From Neocallimastix sp. 'constans' (Eukaryota): a DNA stretch of 64,000 nucleotides. A program made the translations under genes and the position numbers. Below are positions 55,075 to 64,000 of this stretch, piece after piece. Numbering within the stretch: the stretch's first letter is position 1; each line of letters starts with the position of its first letter. The notes beneath the pieces are model-generated. The model searched no databases, had not been told where the DNA came from, and worked only from the letters and a program-made list of their open reading frames with translations. The stretch spans positions 930,001 through 994,000 of the forward strand of contig JBODTK010000013.1 of assembly GCA_050613775.1 (NCBI GenBank), in the 5' to 3' direction.

Positions 55075-55405
55075 GTTAGTCCTATTTAGGTATATCATTT
55101 GATAAAGGCTTATCGTTGAACCCTATTATTAAATTACTTAACTCTATAGTTGTCGAAGTATTAATAACAGTACAAGGGAATGGAAGGATCTATTTAAGTG
55201 CCAGATGAAATCAGGTGCTTATTCTGATACTCCATTCTTGGTGGTTATTGCGGCTCTTTTTCAATCGATTATACCTATTGCTATTGGCCAACAATGGTCT
55301 TTGTTCAATAGGTTCAAATCGAATCGTACTACTACTACCAAGAGCGTCAACGCTGAAGAAACAGTAAGACAGGCCAGCAGGGCTAGCGCAACCAATGAAT
55401 CATAA
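55075..55405 (+). mobile_element. Internally deleted non-LTR retrotransposon (LINE ORF2) fragment
   Basis: YLGISFDKGLSLNPIIKLLN resembles the YLG motif at the end of LINE reverse transcriptases and is joined to a GC-richer frame ending ..RASATNES*. Confidence 0.5.
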
Positions 55406-55887
55406 TTTTGTATCTTAAAATTATGATTAACATTGTGAAGTCAAAATTAATTATTATACTTAAGTATAATAATACCCTTGTGAAGTCTTACAGATATTAA
55501 TTAAATGAAACTAGAATATATTATACCATTATTTTATTTTATTTTGTGTTTTTTTTGTTTATTTTTTATCTTTTTTTTATTTTCTTCTTTTTATTACATG
55601 TATTTTATCATATATTTAATTAATAAAGATGAAACAAGTTTGCTGCCGATAATAAAAATAAAATAAAATAAAATAAAATAAAATAAAAAAAAATAAAATA
55701 AAATAAAATTATATATATATTAACCGAAAAAAATTAAAATCAAAGAAAATTTTGTAGTTTTTCGTAGTTTGTCATGAATCATGGACGATGAAATAATAAG
55801 GCATAAAAAAAAATTGAAATAATGAATAAGTGCGGTTTTTAAGTCAAGAGGTGATATATATAAAAATTATTACCTTGTGTATATAGT

Positions 55888-56037
<150 letters not shown>

Positions 56038-56264
56038 ATAACGCTTTTTTTATTTATAAAGTTATATGGATTGAAATAACTACAAAGTCTAATAATAAAA
56101 TAAAATAAAATATAATAATATTCATTTATCTATTTTTTTTTTTTTTTATATATATTATTATTATTAATCATTTATCATTTATTATTAATTATTTATTAAT
56201 AAATACTCTAATTATTATTTATTAATATATTTGCTATATATTATTATGTATCATTCATTATTTA

Positions 56265-56530
56265 TGATTTATTATTTATTATTTATTATATATTATTTAT
56301 TATTTATTATTACTTATTATTTATTATTTATTATTTATTATTTATTATTTATTATTTATTATTTATTATTTATTATTTATTATTTATTATTTATTATTTA
56401 TTATTTATTATTTATTATTTATTATTTATATTTATTATTTATTATTTATTATTTATTTATTTATTTATATGTATTATATTTTTATTATTATTTACTATTT
56501 ATTATTTATTATTTATTATTTATAATTTAT
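56265..56530. repeat. (TTTATTA)n microsatellite
   Basis: Same unit as 7504-7708. Confidence 0.85.
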
Positions 56531-56687
56531 TAAATACATGTTATTTTTTTTTTTTATTTATATTTTTTTTATTTTTATTATTTTTCTGAATTTGATATCA
56601 CAAATAAATTATTATCAATAACAAAATAAAAAAAAAAGACCATAATTATATCCATCATCCATATTAATATTAATATCAAAATACAAC

Positions 56688-56725
<38 letters not shown>

Positions 56726-59026
56726 AGGAATATATTATTATTATAATTCTTATTTTAAGTTTTTTTTTTTTCTATTTGTATTTTATTGATAAGAAAAATA
56801 GTTTCTTTTTTTTTAAAAAAAAAAAAAATAATATAAATTGAAATACTTAGCAAGTCTAATAATAAAGCAAACAAAATAAATTTAGATTATAATTTAATAG
56901 TCGTCCTTTAAAAATAAGAATAAAAAAAAAAAAAAAAAGAACAAGTGAAAAATGATCTTAAATTATTTTATATTTGATAATCTAAAATATAATTATATAT
57001 ATTGAATTTATATATAGTTTATTAAAAAATATATTATTTAATAAATATATATTTGTTCATATAAATATTTATATAATAAATAATAAATTTAATTAATTTA
57101 AATTTAAATTTATTTTAAGAGAGTAAATAATAAATAAATAAATAACATCTTCAAAATTTCATTTTCATTAATTAATAAAAAATTAAATTATTTTTAAAAT
57201 ATTTATATTTTTTTTTCTAGAACAAATTTAAAATAATTAATATTATTATAAAATAATATTTTACAAAAAAAAATAAAATAAAATAAAATATTAATTTTTT
57301 TTTTTTTTTTAAAGTGAATTATAATTATTAGAAATAGAAAATATTTTATGAAACTTTAATTATAAGTCATGTTATCATCTCTAAAATATTTATGATATAT
57401 AGTTAAAAATTGAAAAAAAAATTAAAAAAAATTAACTTTAAATCAAAAATCTAATGCATACATACATTCTTAATCATAATTAATTCATTTTATTATTATT
57501 TGTTTTGTTTTTGTTTTGTTTTTTATCTTATTTCTTTTTTTTTATATAATAATAATAATAATAATACATATTTCATCATAATAATTTTTAATAATTATAA
57601 AATTTAAATTATTAGTCTTCTTTATAACAAATATATTTAATTGTTTGGCTTTTGTTTTATCTTTTTTCTACTAATTCTAATTATTTTTTGTTTTAATTAT
57701 AATTATTTGAATTTTTATATTAATATATACACCCCTTTTTAATATATTGATGTAATACAATAAATAAATAAATATTAAAATTGCTTAATTTTTTTTTATG
57801 TATTATTTAAAGTATTTAAAATAATAGAATGGAAATTAATATTAATACAGAAAAAAAAATTTTTTTTTGATTTATAAATATTTTCTCTAATATTAATTTA
57901 TTTAAAAAGTATATACAAATTTTTTCTTTATTTTTTTATCTGTAAAATATATTATAATAATATAATAAAAAAAATAATAATAAAAGGTAAATATAATTTA
58001 TAAAGAGTATTATATTTAATATTATTAAAATTAGTTGATATTTTATTCTATTATATTTGTACATACAAAATTCCATAGTATTTTTTTTATATAGTTTTAT
58101 TTTTATTCTATATAAATTTAATATTATAGAGTATGTATATATAGAAGTTATTGGAAATCATTAATTATATAATTATAATTTATAATGGGTCAAATGCATC
58201 AAAATAATATGATACAAAAGATTTTAAATGATAAAATAAAATAAAATAATAAAGGATGACAATTTTAAAAATATTTACAATTCAATAAATAATAAAAATA
58301 TACATACATAAAGATCTTTTTTGTTGGAGAAAAAATAGAAAAAAAAATATTAAAATAAGTAATAAATTATTAATTGTTAATATAAGAAATATAAAATATT
58401 CACAAATATAAACAATATATATATTTATATAAAAGTTGTTATATTTAATATATTCTTTGCTTATTTAATAATAAAATTATGTATATATTTTATAGAGGAT
58501 TTTATTTAATTTTATAAGGTTATAGAAAATGATTAATAATTGCAAATGTTATATATTAAAATTATAAATATAAATTAAAAAAAAAAAAATTAAAACATCT
58601 AATAAAATATTATCTAAATATATATAAATATATATATTATAATTATTTAACAGTATATAATAATTAAAATATTCTTTAATTTTGAAAGGTTATTATAGAA
58701 AATAATTAATGATTGCAAATGTTATAAAAATTTGCAATCATTAAAATTATAAATATAAATTAGTAAAAAATTTTATACATCTAATATAATATTATCTATA
58801 TATATATAATCTAATTATTAAATATTATTAAATAGTAAATAGTAATTAAAAAATTCTTTAATTAGAATGACTAGAATTTAATGTTATTATATTTAAATTT
58901 AAATGCGATCTTTACAAATTTTAAATTATTATCATTGTCATTAATATGATTTAATAACTAATATAAATATATTTATTATTTATTTATTATTATTAGAAGA
59001 TTTATTAAAGAATAAAAAAAGAAAAA

Positions 59027-59114
59027 ATGTCGGCAGCACAAACTCTTCAAAGACAATTCAGAGGTTTTTTTTATTCTATATATATTATTATAATAATTAT
59101 TTTTTTATAAACTG

Positions 59115-59162
<48 letters not shown>

Positions 59163-59247
59163 ATTATAAATTATTATATTTATAAGTAACATTATCTTAT
59201 TATTATTTTAAATTTAATATTACATATATATGTAATAAAAATATAAC

Positions 59248-59279
<32 letters not shown>

Positions 59280-59571
59280 AAAAATAAAAAATTAAATTGA
59301 AAAGAATTTCAAAAAAATCCACTTCCAGGTTTTAATGTGAGTTCCATATGAAATATAACATATATAGCCAATTTTATATATATATATATAAAATTAAAAA
59401 TTGACTATTTTATAAAATTTTTTAAATTTATATATAATAGGTTGAATTAAAAGAAGATAATATTTTTGTATGGGAGTATGTATTTGCAATAAAGATGAAT
59501 ACAAAAAATCTAAATGTTTACTATATTATTATACAATTATTTTAATTATTAAATAATATTTAATATCTCTT

Positions 59572-59602
<31 letters not shown>

Positions 59603-61352
59603 TTGAAATTATTTTATTCATAGTATTGGAATTTTTGGTCCACCAGATACTATCTATGAAGGAGGTTACTTCAGAGTAAGTTTATAAATATATATGTATT
59701 TTATTATATTATTATATAAAATATATAATATACATTTTATGAAAGTAATATAAAATATTAAATGATAAAAAAAAATATAAAAATATTAATATATATATAA
59801 ATATATATATATTATTTAAATTAAAAGGCTACAATGGAATTCCCAGAAGATTATCCATTCAATCCACCAACTTTTACTTTTAATACAGAATTCTTCCATG
59901 TAATCTATTAAATGAAGATATATTATTATATATTAATTTTAATTGAAACCACAGATATATTAATAAGAAAAATTTTTATTATTATATATATTAATTATAT
60001 CAATAATAATATTATTAAAATCTTTAATAAAATAATAAAATCAAATTTAAATAATTGGAAATTATAGCCAAATGTGTAAGTATTTATGATAAATGAATTA
60101 TAAATAAATTATATATATATATCTGTATTAATAAACATTTTTGAATAACCATTTATTTCATATTATTATTACTACTATTTTATTATTATAAAAATAGTTA
60201 TACCGATGGTCGTTTATGTATTTCAATTTTACATCCTCCAACACCAGATCCAATGAGGTATAAATTAATTAATAACTAAATATATATTTTATATTTTAAT
60301 ATTATGATATCATTTAAAACAATAAAATAAAATAAAAAAGAGATAATTCTTTGTTAATATTACAAAAATTAAATTAAAAAAAATAAAATAATAAAATAAA
60401 ATAAAATAGTGGTGAACGTCCAGAAGAAAGATGGAATCCAACACAATCTGTTGAAAGTATATAATTTCTTTAAAAAAATTTTTTATTTAAAAAAAAATAG
60501 AAATAAGAATAAAATATAAATATAAATAAATGTATAATTAATATAAAATTTTATGGTATATATATTTATTTTTTTATACTTTATATTTAATGATATACAA
60601 TTATAAAACTTAATCAGGTATTTTAATTTCTGTAATATCATTATTAACCGATCCAAATGTTTCATCACCTGCTAATGTTGATGCTGGTGTAAGTAATATA
60701 TTTGAATAGACTTAACGATAATTTTCATTTTATATATATATATATGTGTGTGTAATTATGTCCAAAATAGAATCAATCAATTATTAATTCGTATATTTAT
60801 ATGAATATATATATATTATTATTTTTTCTTTAAATAACAAAAATATTTTATTAGGTTATGTATAGAAATGATAGAGAACAATATAATAAAATAGTTCGTG
60901 AAGAAGTTGAAAGATCAAAAAAAGATATCCCAGAAAATGTTACTATACCAAAATCAAGTAAGAATTAGATTAGATCATACATTATTATTATTAATTTATA
61001 CAAAAAACAAAAAGGGGAATAAAAAAATTATTTGAATTATAAATATATATAAGATAAATATATATATATTCATACAATTAATAATATATTGTTATTATAT
61101 ATATAAATTTGAATTTAATTATCGAAAATAGCGGAAGATTTTATAATAAAAAATCAACCAGAACCAGAAGATGATGAATCTTTTTGGTATGATGACGTCG
61201 ATGTTGATGAGGTATAAAAAATTAAATAAATAAAAGTTTTATATTTGTATAATGAAATTTTAGTTTATATTAAATGGATTAATTAATAATAATTTTATAA
61301 TTCTAATTTACATATTAATGAAATAATTAATCTATCTATCTATCAATATTTA

Positions 61353-61383
<31 letters not shown>

Positions 61384-61420
61384 GGAATGGGATGAAGACG
61401 ACTATATGTCTGATGAGTAG
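59027..61420 (+). CDS. CDC34: Ubiquitin-conjugating enzyme E2, Cdc34/UBE2R type, 12 exons
   Basis: Exons 59027-59063, 59305-59336, 59441-59475, 59624-59675, 59828-59899, 60068-60075, 60198-60257, 60410-60456, 60618-60688, 60855-60957, 61132-61211 and 61385-61420. They splice in frame to GPPDTIYEGGYF..FHPNVYTDGRLCISILHPP..SGERPEERWNPTQSVES..SPANVDAG plus an acidic tail (FWYDDVDVDEEWDEDDYMSDE). Not present in the ORF track. Confidence 0.92.
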
Positions 61421-62031
61421 ATCTATTTATAATTATAGTTCATCAGGATTATATATACGCAATCTAAAATTTTTATATATCAATCTCTTTTTTATATATA
61501 TATATATATATAAAAAAAAATTGAAAATCTATTTTTTTCAACATAAATAATTTAACGATAACCATTCAAATATATGATTAAAAAAAATAAAAAAAAATAA
61601 AAAAAAAAAAAAAAAAAACATATCCACCCAAGAAAATGAATAAATAGGATCTTATTTAAAAATATATATAATATATAAATGAAAATAATCTAAAAATATT
61701 TGATTTCTTCAAATATTATTAGGAATATTAATCTTTTTTAAATAAAAGATATGATTTATTCTATATATTTATTCAATTCTTTAATATATATATATATATA
61801 ATTTTATTCTATATATCATTATTTATTTATAAAATTGAAAATTAAATTATAATAATAATAAATATAAAAAAAATAAAAACTTAATTAAAATTATTATTAT
61901 TGTAATTATTTTATTTTCAAACTAAAGAAAAATTATTTAACATATATATATATATATTTTATTTTATTTTTTTTATTTTTATTTTTATTTTTATTTTAAT
62001 TTTATTTTATTTAATAAGTAAATAAATTAAG

Positions 62032-62083
<52 letters not shown>

Positions 62084-62515
62084 TAATCATAATCTAAATA
62101 ATAAAAAAATTTAATTAAAAAAAAAAAAGTTTAACACCAACTATATTTTATATTCATCAATTCTATAAATCTCTATATCCCAAATTATTTTTTTTTTTTT
62201 TTATTTTTACTGTTAACTTGTTCAAAATATATAATTGCTTTATAATTGCTTTATTTATTATATATATTTTTTATATTTTTTATAATTATTAGCTATATAG
62301 CTAACCTATATATATATATATTTATAATATTTAAATATTTATTGATATTTTTTTTTATTATTTTATTCTTATTTATTACCTATATATTTTAATTAATCTA
62401 TTTTATTTACTTATTATACTACATATTAATTTAAATTAAAAAAGTTTTAACATTTTTTGATTTTTTGGAAACTTTTAAACTTTTTTTTTTTAGTTTTTTT
62501 TTTTTTTTAATCTAT

Positions 62516-62591
<76 letters not shown>

Positions 62592-62738
62592 ATGATTGAA
62601 TAATAAAAAATTAAATTATTGATATATATATAATCAATAATAAATAAATGTTTATAATATATCTATTAAAATAAACTAGAAAAATAATATTTAAATTTAC
62701 AACTATCTTTACGTATCATTAATATTAGTTTTATCAAG

Positions 62739-62779
<41 letters not shown>

Positions 62780-63683
62780 TAGAAAAAAAATTCATTATCT
62801 TTATTATCTATATTATTAATATTTAAACACTAATATTTAACTATTTAAGAATATCTATATCCCAATTATTATATTTAGTACAAAGAAAATGTAAAGAAAT
62901 ATCTCCATCAATTATCTTTTGAATATATATATATATATTATATTTAATTAATGATTTTTCCTTTTTAAAATATTGAACTAGGTCCAGTATATAATAAAAA
63001 AAAATAATTATAATAATAAATTTTCTTTTTTAGTTTTTAAATTTTTATTTACTCAATAATTTATTAATAATTATATATATATATATATATAAATATTTTA
63101 ATTAGATTAATAACAAATTACTAATAATTAGATAACTTATCACTGAAGTAATAAATAATAAATTATAAATAATAAATTATAAATAATAAATAATTGAATA
63201 ATTGAATAATTAAATAATTAAATAATTAAATAATAAATAAATAAATAAATAAATAAATAATAAATAGTTAAATAATACATAATAAATAAATAAATAATGA
63301 ATAGTTAAATAATATATAATTAAGTAATAAATAATAAATAATAAATATAATAAATAATAAATAATAAATAACAAATAATAAATAATGATTAATAAAAATT
63401 GAATAAATAATAATATATATAAATAATTAAATAATAATACCTAATATTATAAATAAATTTAATATAATATATAAAAAAAACAAATATAGGAGATAATTAA
63501 TATTAATAATTAAAATTAATATTAAAATTTTAAAAAAATTTTTATTTTTATATATATTATATTTAAAATAATAAATAAAATATATATAGTTATTCTTTAC
63601 TTTCCTTATTGACATCTATTTTTTGTTTTATTTTCAATAAAAGAATTATTTATTGTAAGGTCACATCACATAAAATTAAGTAG

Positions 63684-63758
<75 letters not shown>

Positions 63759-64000
63759 TTCTTCTTTTCTTCTTTTTTTACTCTTTTTTTTTTTATTTTA
63801 AAAGTTTATTTTAAATTAATTAATAAGTTAATTAAAATCTATCTTCTTTTGATAAGAATTTATCTTTTCCTTTATTTTAAAAAAAAAATCATCTCATTTT
63901 TTTATTGATTTATTTATTTTATTTATTCATTCATTTAATTAATTATTAATATTATTTATATATTAATATTTATTATTAACTTTCATTTATTTATTTATTT

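Overview
Extremely AT-rich eukaryotic DNA with short GT-AG introns and long homopolymer and microsatellite tracts. The composition and a hydrogenosome/mitochondrion-type succinyl-CoA synthetase point to an anaerobic gut fungus (Neocallimastigomycota); this is an inference. Apparently intact genes: a 1148-aa disordered protein ending in a Borg-BD3-like motif, an intronless bacterial-type DAACS amino-acid symporter, a multi-exon membrane protein of unknown function, a 5-exon succinyl-CoA ligase alpha subunit and a 12-exon Cdc34-type E2 with an 8-nt microexon. The accessory middle holds two complete Mutator-like (MULE) elements, each defined by short imperfect TIRs and a perfect 9-bp TSD (23972-29116 and 36873-49488). 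Each has a single-lesion frameshifted transposase and its own tandem-repeat array 3' of the transposase; one array is a ~9 kb satellite with a ~1.98 kb higher-order period. Also present: a third decayed MULE, a decayed ankyrin + SecA-like ATPase pseudogene, a divergent pair of HSP20 pseudogenes, three short structured retroposon/SINE-like inserts sharing motifs, a LINE fragment and decayed LTR-like remnants. All calls come from reading the sequence by eye; no searches were run.
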